Positions 19,065-27,769 of a DNA stretch of 64,000 nucleotides are shown here, one piece after another. The DNA is taken from the sequence record MF158044; one strand, written 5' to 3'. Made by a program: the position numbers and the translations under genes. This DNA comes from Shigella phage Sf18. The notes under the pieces were generated by a model. That model was not told the DNA's origin and did no database searches. It was given only the letters and a program-made list of their open reading frames with translations. Numbering within the stretch: position 1 is the stretch's first letter; every line of letters starts with the position of its first letter.

Positions 19065-19257
19065 TTTCTGCACTAAGTGTTCTGTTGAGATGTTTGGAAA
19101 AGACACAGGGGACTTAAAAGGCCTCTTTACAAAAGCAGAGTTTGAAGCTGGTTCAGCAATGCCAGTAATCTGTGAAGGTTGTGGTGCTTTATGGGTAGAC
19201 CATGAAGGTAACCGAGTTAAACCATCTGAAGATAACGAACGTTGGGAGCATTACTAA
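19057..19257 (+). CDS. small Cys-rich (zinc-ribbon-like) protein
   Basis: 66 aa; CxxC ... CxxC spacing. Confidence 0.35.
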   Translation: MADFCTKCSVEMFGKDTGDLKGLFTKAEFEAGSAMPVICEGCGALWVDHEGNRVKPSEDNERWEHY

Positions 19258-19258
19258 T

Positions 19259-20053
19259 ATGGGTATCGTAAAAATTATTAAAGGTGATATCTTTAAAGAC
19301 TTTGATGGTAAGAAATTTGATATCATTGGTCACGGTTGTAACTGCATGAACTTGATGGGTGCAGGTATTGCAGCAACAATTGCTAAACGCTACCCAAAAG
19401 CTTATGAAACTGACGCTGAAGTTTATGCTACAGTAGGTGGTGAAAATCATAACCCTAAGCATCTAATGCTTGGTAACATCTCTGTAGCACGTTTTAAGCA
19501 GGGTCGAATTGCTAACCTTTACACTCAGGTTATCACTGGCAAAGATGCACGATACAACGCCTTAGAAGCAGCTTTACAGCGTCTTAACAACTACTGTAAA
19601 GTTAATCAACTTAAGAAAGTTGGGCTTCCGATGATTGGTGCAGGGATTGGTGGTCTTGATAGCATGGCTGTACTGTCCATTATCAACCAGACTATGAAGG
19701 ATGTTGACGTTTATATGTATGTCTATGAAGATAAGATGTACAGTCAGTTGACTAGTCCTGTTACTGGTTGGGAGAACTTCAGTGAGCCTCAATACTTTGA
19801 TGGTGTTGCTGTGGTAGGCAAGGATAAAGTTACCCTCAAGGTGAAGCGTAATGGCAAGGTACACACCAGTTACCCTCCGGTTGAGAAGTACAATCGAAGT
19901 AACGCTCAAGTTACCCACCCGTTACAAGGTCACCACCACAGAGCGGTAACGTTTAGCGATGATGCAAGTGTATATATCAATGCGACTACAGAAGAGTTTG
20001 CAGAAGATTATATCACACATGAAAACGTAAACTATGTTGAAGCACGTAACTAA
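19259..20053 (+). CDS. macro-domain (ADP-ribose binding/processing) protein with C-terminal extension
   Basis: ATG at 19259; motifs KGDIF, DIIGHGCNCMNLMGAGIAATI, GLPMIGAGIGG align to the macro-domain core. Confidence 0.65.
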   Translation: MGIVKIIKGDIFKDFDGKKFDIIGHGCNCMNLMGAGIAATIAKRYPKAYETDAEVYATVGGENHNPKHLMLGNISVARFKQGRIANLYTQVITGKDARYNALEAALQRLNNYCKVNQLKKVGLPMIGAGIGGLDSMAVLSIINQTMKDVDVYMYVYEDKMYSQLTSPVTGWENFSEPQYFDGVAVVGKDKVTLKVKRNGKVHTSYPPVEKYNRSNAQVTHPLQGHHHRAVTFSDDASVYINATTEEFAEDYITHENVNYVEARN

Positions 20054-20107
20054 TAAGTTACCCAGATAAACATAGACAAGCCCTCCAAAGTTTGAGTTTA
20101 AAATCTC

Positions 20108-20310
20108 AGGTAAGGGGGGCTTTTTCATTTTAAATTTGTGCAGGTATAGTTGCATAGAACTCTGGACAGATTTCTTTAGCTGAACTCCAAAGGGAAAATT
20201 CATTTCAAATTTGTGCAGGTTTAGACTCCAAAGGGATTTTTCATTTTCAATCTGTGCAGATGCAGTTGGACTCCAAAGGGAAAATTCATTTTCAGTTTGT
20301 GCAGGTAGGT
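20108..20310 (+). repeat. four tandem ~40-50-bp direct repeats ending in TTGTGCAGG
   Basis: Units at ~20108, 20186, 20224, 20268 share CTCCAAAGGGAAAATTCATTTT-A--TTGTGCAGG; C-rich tract follows at 20323-20352. Confidence 0.6.
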
Positions 20311-20479
20311 AGCTGTAGGAAACCAGCCCCACCACCCCCTCTTACTCCCCTTCCTCCCAAAAGTCAAGAGAAAAATTTGTAGAGAACTCAAAAATAATTC
20401 TTGACTAGATTCCTGTTTTAGTGTATCCGCATACGTGCGTTCTATTCACGAAGCATCGAAAATATTTTTAAAAATTTTG

Positions 20480-20508
20480 TTGACTTCATAAATCCAGTCT
20501 TATAGTAT
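20480..20508 (+). promoter_or_regulatory. sigma70-like promoter at start of small-gene island
   Basis: TTGACT-N17-TAGTAT. Confidence 0.55.
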
Positions 20509-20557
20509 TTGCATCAACGGGAAACATCCCAACAATCCTAAACTGGAGAATCTAAAA

Positions 20558-20764
20558 ATGTTATATCAACGTGAGTTAATGATTGTTGACAACAACAAAA
20601 CAAATAAACGTCGTTTCTATATGCTAATTTGTGATGTTTGGCAACGTATCTCAGAAAAGGATTTTGATGAATATGTTGATACGTCAATCAGGTCTGATTG
20701 TTATTTGACAACTCACACAAGGCATTACACAAGGCATACAGCCATTTATTACTATAACGTTTAA
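20558..20764 (+). CDS. hypothetical small protein (cassette gene)
   Basis: ATG preceded by conserved CCTAAACTGGAGA leader and TTGACT-N17-TAGTAT promoter. Confidence 0.5.
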   Translation: MLYQRELMIVDNNKTNKRRFYMLICDVWQRISEKDFDEYVDTSIRSDCYLTTHTRHYTRHTAIYYYNV

Positions 20765-20775
20765 AAGGCTTGACA

Positions 20776-20934
20776 ATGGTTAAAGAAAACGATGTAATAC
20801 AATACAAAGATTTAGACGGATACCCAAAAATTGGTAAAGTCTTCTATCTCTATAAGTCTGCTATGGGTAATGATTGTATAGCCCTTACAAATGGCGACAA
20901 AATAACCATGAAAGATTTTATAAAAATTAATTAA
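20776..20934 (+). CDS. hypothetical small protein (52 aa)
   Basis: ORF below ORF-track cutoff, weak RBS, fills gap between cassette genes. Confidence 0.3.
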   Translation: MVKENDVIQYKDLDGYPKIGKVFYLYKSAMGNDCIALTNGDKITMKDFIKIN

Positions 20935-20943
20935 ATAAAGTGC

Positions 20944-20972
20944 TTTACATGGGGTTTAAAAGCTAGTATCTT
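20944..20972 (+). promoter_or_regulatory. type-A cassette promoter with embedded dyad
   Basis: TTTACA-N17-TATCTT; GGGGTTT...AAGCCCC inverted repeat spans spacer and -10. Confidence 0.5.
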
Positions 20973-21023
20973 AAGCCCCCAGATAAAGAGCTTTACCAAC
21001 AATCCTAAACTGGAGAATCTAAA

Positions 21024-21404
21024 ATGAAATATCGTGCGCCTAAATTTATCAACAAAGAAAACTTTCGTAGTATCTTAGAGGAAACTATGAAAGAAAACTT
21101 CAAAGGAAAAATAATTGTTGTTCACGCTTACAATTTTAAGTATGATGTTAATGGTAACCGTATTAACCACTACAAAGCTACTATGCTTGACGGTACATTA
21201 TCCGGTGAAAAAGCTATCATAAATGCTATTGCAGGACGTGGTAAAACTGTGATACGCTGTGAAAAAAGACGCTATCAAGGCGGTAAATATGGGTATGAAG
21301 ATGCAATGTACCATCTTGATAAAATGGGGTATGATGTAGAGAAAGCTGGAGTATCTCAAACTATTGGTAGTGACGGCTACGTTACAGTTTTCAAAATTAA
21401 CTAA
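21024..21404 (+). CDS. hypothetical small protein (cassette gene)
   Basis: Preceded by type-A cassette (promoter with dyad) and CCTAAACTGGAGAATCTAAA-ATG leader. Confidence 0.55.
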   Translation: MKYRAPKFINKENFRSILEETMKENFKGKIIVVHAYNFKYDVNGNRINHYKATMLDGTLSGEKAIINAIAGRGKTVIRCEKRRYQGGKYGYEDAMYHLDKMGYDVEKAGVSQTIGSDGYVTVFKIN

Positions 21405-21413
21405 ATAAAGTCC

Positions 21414-21442
21414 TTTACATGGGGTTTATAGTTAGATAAGAT
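21414..21442 (+). promoter_or_regulatory. type-A cassette promoter with embedded dyad
   Basis: TTTACA-N17-TAAGAT; same cassette recurs before genes at 21845, 22442, 23449, 24263, 25506, 25789. Confidence 0.5.
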
Positions 21443-21495
21443 AAGCCCCAGATAAAGAGCTTTACCAAACAATAACCTAAACTGGAGTATCAAAA

Positions 21496-21753
21496 ATGGC
21501 TACTATCAAAAACATCATTGTATCTGCAAAATCTCGTGATGACGCTCGCGCAACTGCTAAAAAACTAAATGGTAAAGTGGTTGACAACGGAAAAGAATCT
21601 GCTGTAAGATGGGGCGTAAAATGTGATAAGGAAATTACTTTAAAACGTAGTTCCTATGACCTTTTCAAAGGTGTAAAAGCAATCGGTAGAACTAACGTCT
21701 ACACGAAGAAAGGTTATAAAATGCACTTATCATTAACTGACAATTTAATCTGA
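21496..21753 (+). CDS. hypothetical small protein (cassette gene)
   Basis: Type-A cassette upstream. Confidence 0.55.
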   Translation: MATIKNIIVSAKSRDDARATAKKLNGKVVDNGKESAVRWGVKCDKEITLKRSSYDLFKGVKAIGRTNVYTKKGYKMHLSLTDNLI

Positions 21754-21844
21754 TAAAGTGCTTTACATGGGGTTTATAGTTAGATAATATAAGCCCCAGA
21801 TAAAGAGCTTTACTAACCAATAGTCCTAAACTGGAGAATCTAAA

Positions 21845-22357
21845 ATGAATTTTGTTGAAGCTACCTTTGAAGTCCAAAAAGAAAAATTCACTATCATCTA
21901 TGAAGCTGTTAATATTTGTGAAGCATCCCATTGTGTGGAGAATTGGAAGTTTACCGATGAGCACAAAGGCGGGGTTACAATCAAACTTAAAAATCCAGAG
22001 CGTAACGGGTACAAATATGCAATTCCACAGCATTACAGCCTTTCACAATTGATGAGTGATTATGCTAAACAAGGCCGCGAAAATCCATCTATAGAGGCTT
22101 ACAAGAGCTTACAAGATGAATTACAAAGAGATTTAGAGGCTAACAGCTACGTGCTATTTGCAAAGGTAGAAGATAAAGAAGGTAATACAGTATTAAATAG
22201 CTTTTCTCTTGCTTATGGCTTCGATTGGTGCTATCTTGACGGGGAAGATTTAGATTCACGATTAGAAGAGGAAGTGTCGAACTCCGATGGAGAATCTGAA
22301 GTAATGGAACGTTTAGAAGCCTTGAAAGATTCTGTTATGAATATCTTTAATATCTAA
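21845..22357 (+). CDS. hypothetical acidic protein (cassette gene)
   Basis: Type-A cassette upstream; acidic C-terminal half. Confidence 0.55.
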   Translation: MNFVEATFEVQKEKFTIIYEAVNICEASHCVENWKFTDEHKGGVTIKLKNPERNGYKYAIPQHYSLSQLMSDYAKQGRENPSIEAYKSLQDELQRDLEANSYVLFAKVEDKEGNTVLNSFSLAYGFDWCYLDGEDLDSRLEEEVSNSDGESEVMERLEALKDSVMNIFNI

Positions 22358-22441
22358 AAGTGCTTTACATGGGGTTATCAAGTTGATAAGATAGCCCCAG
22401 ATAAAGAGCTTTACAAACAATCCTAAACTGGAGAATCTAAA

Positions 22442-22738
22442 ATGTTTATTGCCGCAAACGTTAGAACTAAATTAAGCCAGCTATTAAGTAATATCCAATT
22501 CATTGAATCTATGCGCCGTACATCTGAAGCCGTAGAGTGGTATCATGGAAAGATTAACAAAAAGGAAGTAATAATTTGTGTATGGAACTTTTGTAAAGAA
22601 TACAAAAAACCATTGCTTCAGGTTGATATCTATGATAACACTAATAAGTCATCGATTAAGACCACTAGAGATATGGTTGATTCATATGAAATTAGTCACA
22701 CTGGTAAACTATTCCACAAAGGTAAAAACAAATGTTAA
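22442..22738 (+). CDS. hypothetical small protein (cassette gene)
   Basis: Type-A cassette upstream. Confidence 0.55.
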   Translation: MFIAANVRTKLSQLLSNIQFIESMRRTSEAVEWYHGKINKKEVIICVWNFCKEYKKPLLQVDIYDNTNKSSIKTTRDMVDSYEISHTGKLFHKGKNKC

Positions 22739-23079
22739 TCACATACGTTGCAATTTTTATCTCTATTGTGGCGCTCTATAAAGCCTTACAAGCGCACAGT
22801 ATAGCTAATAAGGCACTTACAAGGGATTTAAAAATAAACCTTGTACGGGGCTTTCTAGAGCGTTTAAGCTTAGAACAATTGAAACGCTTAGAGATGAGCT
22901 TTCGATTCAAAGCAGAAACATACCGGATTGATAACATCCTAGACGGGGATTTTAAATTAATCAGTGATTATGACATACTTCTTGAGTCAATTCAAGATAT
23001 AAACCTGAAAGATTATTATATCGTGATAGCGCAAGAAATTAATAAAAAAGAGCTTGCAATGCAGAATCAAAACAAGTAA
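22732..23079 (+). CDS. hypothetical membrane protein
   Basis: N-terminal TM helix; 3' end (LAMQNQNK-stop) plus downstream promoter duplicated at 26434-26480. Confidence 0.45.
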   Translation: MLITYVAIFISIVALYKALQAHSIANKALTRDLKINLVRGFLERLSLEQLKRLEMSFRFKAETYRIDNILDGDFKLISDYDILLESIQDINLKDYYIVIAQEINKKELAMQNQNK

Positions 23080-23113
23080 AGTATTCATCAACGGTACTAA
23101 TGACGGTCGAACT

Positions 23114-23359
23114 TTGAACGTAACTTTAAAACACTATATAGACGGTGTATTAAACTTTGAAGAGTTAAGAGCAGAACAGCACCTATTAGATTGGCAAGTA
23201 GCAGGTTTACAAAAAACCGCCACAGGATATGGAAAGAAAATTCCTACATCTTGGAAAGTTCGATACCTTGGAAAGTTACGCAGAATTTATCAAGATGTTT
23301 ACAGTAATAGCGGCGTAAGTTACATTATTGTTAGTGGTAAAAAATTGTATTTAGTCTAA
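23114..23359 (+). CDS. hypothetical protein, possible TTG-initiated or decaying gene
   Basis: Long ORF downstream of TTGCAA-N17-TAAAGT promoter has no in-frame ATG; TTG at 23114 tentative. Confidence 0.25.
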   Translation: MNVTLKHYIDGVLNFEELRAEQHLLDWQVAGLQKTATGYGKKIPTSWKVRYLGKLRRIYQDVYSNSGVSYIIVSGKKLYLV

Positions 23360-23448
23360 TAAATTGCTTTACATGGGGTTATCAAGTTGCTAAGATAGCC
23401 CCAGATAAAGAGATTTATCTAAAACTAACCTAAACTGGAGACTAGAAA

Positions 23449-23856
23449 ATGACTAATGTTAATCACAAAGAAGTTGCAATTTTGAAAGCACGTTTGACCA
23501 TTAACCGCATCAACATTGTAACATCAGCAGCACCAGACGAAACACTACATAATATCATCGGTAAAATTCAGGGCGCAGTAGTAGACACAAAACAGCTTAA
23601 AGAATCCTTGCAAGATGTAGCAGCAGGAGCTATAATTGACGGTGCTCAATATGAGATGAAGGAAATGCTGTCAAAGTCAAAAGTAATGAATAAAGAACTT
23701 GACTTGAAAATGTTTAGATTTGCTGTTAAAGTGTGGCTATGTGTTGATTTTGATGCAAACTTTGCAATTGCTGATTTCTTTGCAACATGGTTACAGCGTA
23801 ACTTACCGGTTGAAGTTTTCCGTGAAATCTGCGATGCAATTTATTCAGAAATTTGA
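23449..23856 (+). CDS. hypothetical protein (cassette gene)
   Basis: Type-A-like cassette upstream. Confidence 0.5.
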   Translation: MTNVNHKEVAILKARLTINRINIVTSAAPDETLHNIIGKIQGAVVDTKQLKESLQDVAAGAIIDGAQYEMKEMLSKSKVMNKELDLKMFRFAVKVWLCVDFDANFAIADFFATWLQRNLPVEVFREICDAIYSEI

Positions 23857-23885
23857 TTGACACTGCAAAAGCATAGTAGTAAAGT
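23857..23885 (+). promoter_or_regulatory. type-C cassette promoter
   Basis: TTGACA-N17-TAAAGT followed by conserved leader. Confidence 0.5.
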
Positions 23886-23928
23886 ACTCATCAGACAACG
23901 AAACAACCCTAAACTGGAGATTCAAAAG

Positions 23929-24177
23929 ATGAAAACAAAAACACAACTCAAAAGTATGATGAAAAATGGTTTTCTCGATGATGTATACAAAGAATGTAGA
24001 CGGTATGGGGAAATAAAAAGTAATTTCGATTTTGAGTACACGTATACAGTGAATTTCAAAACTAACGAACGAAAAACAGACCTTGTAACTGAGATTCAAA
24101 TAGAATACAAAGATTTATTATGGACTTTTGAACTTGTAAAAGGTTTATGCACATCGGCAGGTTATAAAAACATCTAA
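23929..24177 (+). CDS. hypothetical small protein (cassette gene)
   Basis: ATG after CCCTAAACTGGAGA leader; ORF-track TTG start 23857 is the -35 element. Confidence 0.5.
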   Translation: MKTKTQLKSMMKNGFLDDVYKECRRYGEIKSNFDFEYTYTVNFKTNERKTDLVTEIQIEYKDLLWTFELVKGLCTSAGYKNI

Positions 24178-24262
24178 AAGTGCTTTACATGGGGTTTATA
24201 GTTAGATAAGATAAGCCCCAGATAAAGAGCTTTACCAACAATCCTAAACTGGAGAATCTAAA

Positions 24263-24820
24263 ATGAAATGCTTTCATGGTACTACACAAGAAAACTTTGT
24301 AAACCTTATCAATGGCGGTGATAAACCATCAGGAGCTTGGAATTGCTCTGATATGGATGGATGTTTTTACGTCTACCCTGTTAACAAGTTCTATGATGTA
24401 GAGAATCTGGATGACGAACAAATCACAGATGAAGGTATTAGAAACGCGCTTGATAGCGCAAGCATTACAGCAGCCTATCAAATGAAGTCACAAAAGCTTG
24501 TTATCTTGGAACTGGATATTCCAGAAGATGATTTACAAGATGACTGGAGCTGTGAGAACATGAGCGACGTAGCAAGCTTTACAGAATATTTCGATAAAGA
24601 ATGGATTAAAAAGGTTTACACAACTGAATTTAATGCTATGTATGCGCCTTTCTTTGTCCCTAACCTAAACAATAGAAATTTAGGATATGTACCAGACGAA
24701 CTACGCAACATTGCAGAAATAGTCCAACGTAGTGATGGGATGAGCAATGTATATTGTGATATCTTTGACACCATGCAATGCAACGTAACAGAAACGGTTA
24801 TAAACGACTTAACAGCATAA
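24263..24820 (+). CDS. hypothetical acidic protein (cassette gene)
   Basis: Type-A cassette upstream; strongly acidic. Confidence 0.55.
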   Translation: MKCFHGTTQENFVNLINGGDKPSGAWNCSDMDGCFYVYPVNKFYDVENLDDEQITDEGIRNALDSASITAAYQMKSQKLVILELDIPEDDLQDDWSCENMSDVASFTEYFDKEWIKKVYTTEFNAMYAPFFVPNLNNRNLGYVPDELRNIAEIVQRSDGMSNVYCDIFDTMQCNVTETVINDLTA

Positions 24821-24883
24821 ACCATAGAATCACACCAGTTCACTAGAAAAGCCCCGCACAGGGGCTTACAAGAGGCTTAAAAC

Positions 24884-25114
24884 ATGCTTACTACAATCTA
24901 TCTTATTCTATCTATCTGCAATGGTTCACAGTGTGACTTTAAAGGTTTAGAAGAGTTTACAGGTAGCGAAAATAATGCTATTGTTGCCTGTCAGATAGCA
25001 AGGCAAGACTACCCAACATCGGATGATATCCAATGTTACTATAAGTCAGAAGATGATGAAGGTATTTACTTTGATAGTGTGAATGGTGAATATGAGATTC
25101 TTATAGAAAAGTAG
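24884..25114 (+). CDS. hypothetical small protein, possible signal peptide
   Basis: AAGAGG RBS; hydrophobic N-terminus LILSICNG; perfect hairpin upstream. Confidence 0.45.
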   Translation: MLTTIYLILSICNGSQCDFKGLEEFTGSENNAIVACQIARQDYPTSDDIQCYYKSEDDEGIYFDSVNGEYEILIEK

Positions 25115-25143
25115 TTGACACTGAAAACGCAAGAAAGTAAAGT
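25115..25143 (+). promoter_or_regulatory. type-C cassette promoter
   Basis: TTGACA-N17-TAAAGT then GGGAAACATCCC dyad and CCTAAACTGGAGA leader. Confidence 0.5.
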
Positions 25144-25192
25144 ATTCATCAACGGGAAACATCCCAACAATCCTAAACTGGAGATTCAAAAA

Positions 25193-25414
25193 ATGTTGCA
25201 AGTTCTTAACGTAAAAACCATTGATTTTAAATTCTCAAATGTTCGTCGTACCTATTTACAGCCGTTTAGTAAACCTGTTAGGATTCCCAACGATGACGCT
25301 AAAAAGTTGATTGATGAAATTCTAGCTAATGGCGGTTATCTGGCTAGTCATAAGCAGTATAATGATGAGGATGGAAGCCTGATAAATGAGTTTACATATT
25401 ATTACTACAAATAA
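25193..25414 (+). CDS. hypothetical small protein (cassette gene)
   Basis: ATG after conserved leader; ORF-track TTG start 25115 is the -35 element. Confidence 0.5.
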   Translation: MLQVLNVKTIDFKFSNVRRTYLQPFSKPVRIPNDDAKKLIDEILANGGYLASHKQYNDEDGSLINEFTYYYYK

Positions 25415-25505
25415 CTAATAAAGTGCTTTACATGGGGTTTATAGTTAGCTAAGATAAGCCCCAGATAAAGAGCTTTACCAACAATCCTAAACTGGAGAAT
25501 CTAGA

Positions 25506-25703
25506 ATGTTATCACTGATGCAAAAACTTTCTACCTTGTGGTGTTTAAAAGGTGTAGAGTGTAACCTTAACATGGAAGGTTCAAAGATAGACCTAAAAAT
25601 AGTATACAATGGAGAAATACTATTCTCACAGAATAGCAGTCATCCACACTTCAAAGATAATGCAATTATGGCCGTGAATAATCTGATGGATAGAATTTAT
25701 TAA
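25506..25703 (+). CDS. hypothetical small protein (cassette gene)
   Basis: Type-A cassette upstream. Confidence 0.5.
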   Translation: MLSLMQKLSTLWCLKGVECNLNMEGSKIDLKIVYNGEILFSQNSSHPHFKDNAIMAVNNLMDRIY

Positions 25704-25788
25704 AGTGCTTTACATGGGGTTTAAAAGCTAGTATCTTAAGCCCCAGAGAAAGAGCTTTACCAACAATCCTAAACTGGAGAATCTGAAA

Positions 25789-26130
25789 ATGGCCTATGTA
25801 ACAATTATCACCGATAAAGAAAATTCGTCATGGTCTACCCAAGTTAACGACAAAATGAAACCTATGCAGTGTCTCAAGTACTTTGAGCAATGGAACAGGG
25901 GAGAAGATGTAAGCCCCTTTCAAGTGATGCAGATTGTACATGTTGACAATGAAGGGAATAAAACTACCCTTAACACTGAATACTATGCTACACGTTTCGA
26001 AACTCGCAAATCAGCTATGCAGGAGTTAAGAGAAAAGGGATATAGTCACATTGCCGCGCTCATTTGGTCTGATTTGCTTAAAAAACAGTCATTAACCTAT
26101 GTTAAGCCAGAAAAAATCTTTATAAGCTAA
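25789..26130 (+). CDS. hypothetical protein (cassette gene)
   Basis: Type-A cassette upstream. Confidence 0.55.
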   Translation: MAYVTIITDKENSSWSTQVNDKMKPMQCLKYFEQWNRGEDVSPFQVMQIVHVDNEGNKTTLNTEYYATRFETRKSAMQELREKGYSHIAALIWSDLLKKQSLTYVKPEKIFIS

Positions 26131-26327
26131 TCAACAACTTATAAAAAATCTTTTGAAAAACTATTGACAATGCCCCTTGACAAGTGTAACTTTGTTCGAG
26201 GGGGTTTATCTAAAAGGGGTTAACTTAATAGATTCTTTATAGATAAGCGTAAAAAGTACTTGCAAAGGTCTAATCATATCTATATAGTATCTTCAAAAGG
26301 CAACTTCCTAAACTGGAGAATCACTAA

Positions 26328-26468
26328 ATGTTAGATATCATTAAAAACCCTATCCTTTGCGGTATGATTGTTTCTGTTGTGTTGCCATTAGCAATGCTCA
26401 TCATTGGTGAAATCTCAGATAAACTTTTTGATAAAAAACTACTTGCAATGCAGAATCAAAACAAGTAA
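26328..26468 (+). CDS. hypothetical membrane mini-protein (46 aa)
   Basis: ATG after CCTAAACTGGAGA leader; TM helix; C-terminus identical to that of 22732-23079. Confidence 0.35.
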   Translation: MLDIIKNPILCGMIVSVVLPLAMLIIGEISDKLFDKKLLAMQNQNK

Positions 26469-26532
26469 AGTATTCATCAACGGGGAGGGAGACCTCCCCA
26501 CTAAACAAAATTCCTAAACTGGAGAATCTAGA

Positions 26533-27060
26533 ATGAATAAGTTTAATGCTGTTAATGCAATCCGTAGCCGTGAAGTGATGAGCAAGCCTTGTAAAGATAC
26601 TTGGGAATTTACCTTAAAGAGCAAAGTTTTTGCAGTTATCACAAAAGGGGAAGATAAGCAGTTTTATGTACACCGACCAAATGTAAAAGCGGTAACAGCC
26701 AACAACTTTATGGGGGCTATTTCTCTTATTCTGAATGATTATATGGCTATAGTCGCAGAAATTCACGAAATGGCTATTAAGGCAACTAAAAACGAGTTAA
26801 ACCGCTTTAAAATGGCTTATGAGCGCTCTATTAAGTCCCATAATCTTTTTATTGCAATCCACTATACAGGCATGTATGCTATGGGAACGGGTAACCAACA
26901 ATACCCACTCTATGAAGTGGAAAACATCTTTACAAGTGACTACCCAACAACTAATTTTAAAATTACGTTAGGGGAAGCATTAAATAGGGGAATTAGGCTT
27001 TACGAACAATCTTTAAAAAACTTAGAAAATTCCCTTGACGAAATCATCACAAATCTATAA
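26533..27060 (+). CDS. hypothetical protein (cassette gene)
   Basis: Type-B cassette (GGGGAGGGA-gac-CTCCCC dyad plus leader) upstream. Confidence 0.55.
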   Translation: MNKFNAVNAIRSREVMSKPCKDTWEFTLKSKVFAVITKGEDKQFYVHRPNVKAVTANNFMGAISLILNDYMAIVAEIHEMAIKATKNELNRFKMAYERSIKSHNLFIAIHYTGMYAMGTGNQQYPLYEVENIFTSDYPTTNFKITLGEALNRGIRLYEQSLKNLENSLDEIITNL

Positions 27061-27120
27061 AGTACTTATCAACGGGGAGGGAATGACCTTCCCCAACAAT
27101 CCTAAACTGGAGACTAGAAA

Positions 27121-27384
27121 ATGAATAATCAAGAAATCACTATCCTGTTACAAATCGGTACTGACAAAGAAGATATCCAACTTTGCAAACGTATTGAAAG
27201 TGATTGGTTCAACGGTGAAATCATCGCAGAATCTTATGAAGTAGTCGGATTCATGAATGGTGAAATTGTAAGCCATTTCGGTTTAACTAAATCTGAAGCC
27301 GTTGCAAAGTATGACGTTTTATCTTGTGAGATTCTTACAAAATACAATGAAAAAAGACTTGCAACTTATGCAGCAATGAATTAA
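27121..27384 (+). CDS. hypothetical small protein (cassette gene)
   Basis: Type-B cassette upstream. Confidence 0.5.
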   Translation: MNNQEITILLQIGTDKEDIQLCKRIESDWFNGEIIAESYEVVGFMNGEIVSHFGLTKSEAVAKYDVLSCEILTKYNEKRLATYAAMN

Positions 27385-27449
27385 TATTACTTTCAACGGG
27401 GAGGGAGACTTCCCCACTAACCTAAATTCCTAAACTGGAGAATCTGAAA

Positions 27450-27701
27450 ATGGCTACTATCCACGCAACTGTTAACAATTTTGGCTTCCATGTATTAGAT
27501 GTTAAATTTGATATGGTTGGAACTGGCGATGTTTTTGGCATGGTTGATATGTGTCTAAAAGCAACTATTCAGGACTACAATCAATCTGAGTGGTTCTGGA
27601 AAGAAGTAAAACAAGAAGTCTTAAAGGATGGCAAATCCTCTTACTATTGGGGTGATTCTCTTATCACGCTTTACTATGAAGTTGACGGCTTCAATAACTA
27701 A
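27450..27701 (+). CDS. hypothetical small protein (cassette gene)
   Basis: Type-B cassette upstream; followed by terminator. Confidence 0.5.
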   Translation: MATIHATVNNFGFHVLDVKFDMVGTGDVFGMVDMCLKATIQDYNQSEWFWKEVKQEVLKDGKSSYYWGDSLITLYYEVDGFNN

Positions 27702-27743
27702 CAAGTCGCCGCAACGGGGCAAATAGCCCCAGACACCTTTACA

Positions 27744-27767
27744 GCCCCTTAGATGGGGCTTTTTTAC
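27744..27767 (+). terminator. rho-independent terminator ending plus-strand small-gene island
   Basis: AGCCCC-ttagat-GGGGCT then TTTTTT. Confidence 0.6.
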
Positions 27768-27769
27768 GT

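Noticed and set aside
23857-25192. N-terminal extensions of ORFs 23857-24177 and 25115-25414 given by the ORF track
   Set aside because: The reported starts are TTG codons that coincide with the TTGACA -35 boxes of cassette promoters; the in-frame ATGs at 23929 and 25193 follow the conserved GGAG leader.
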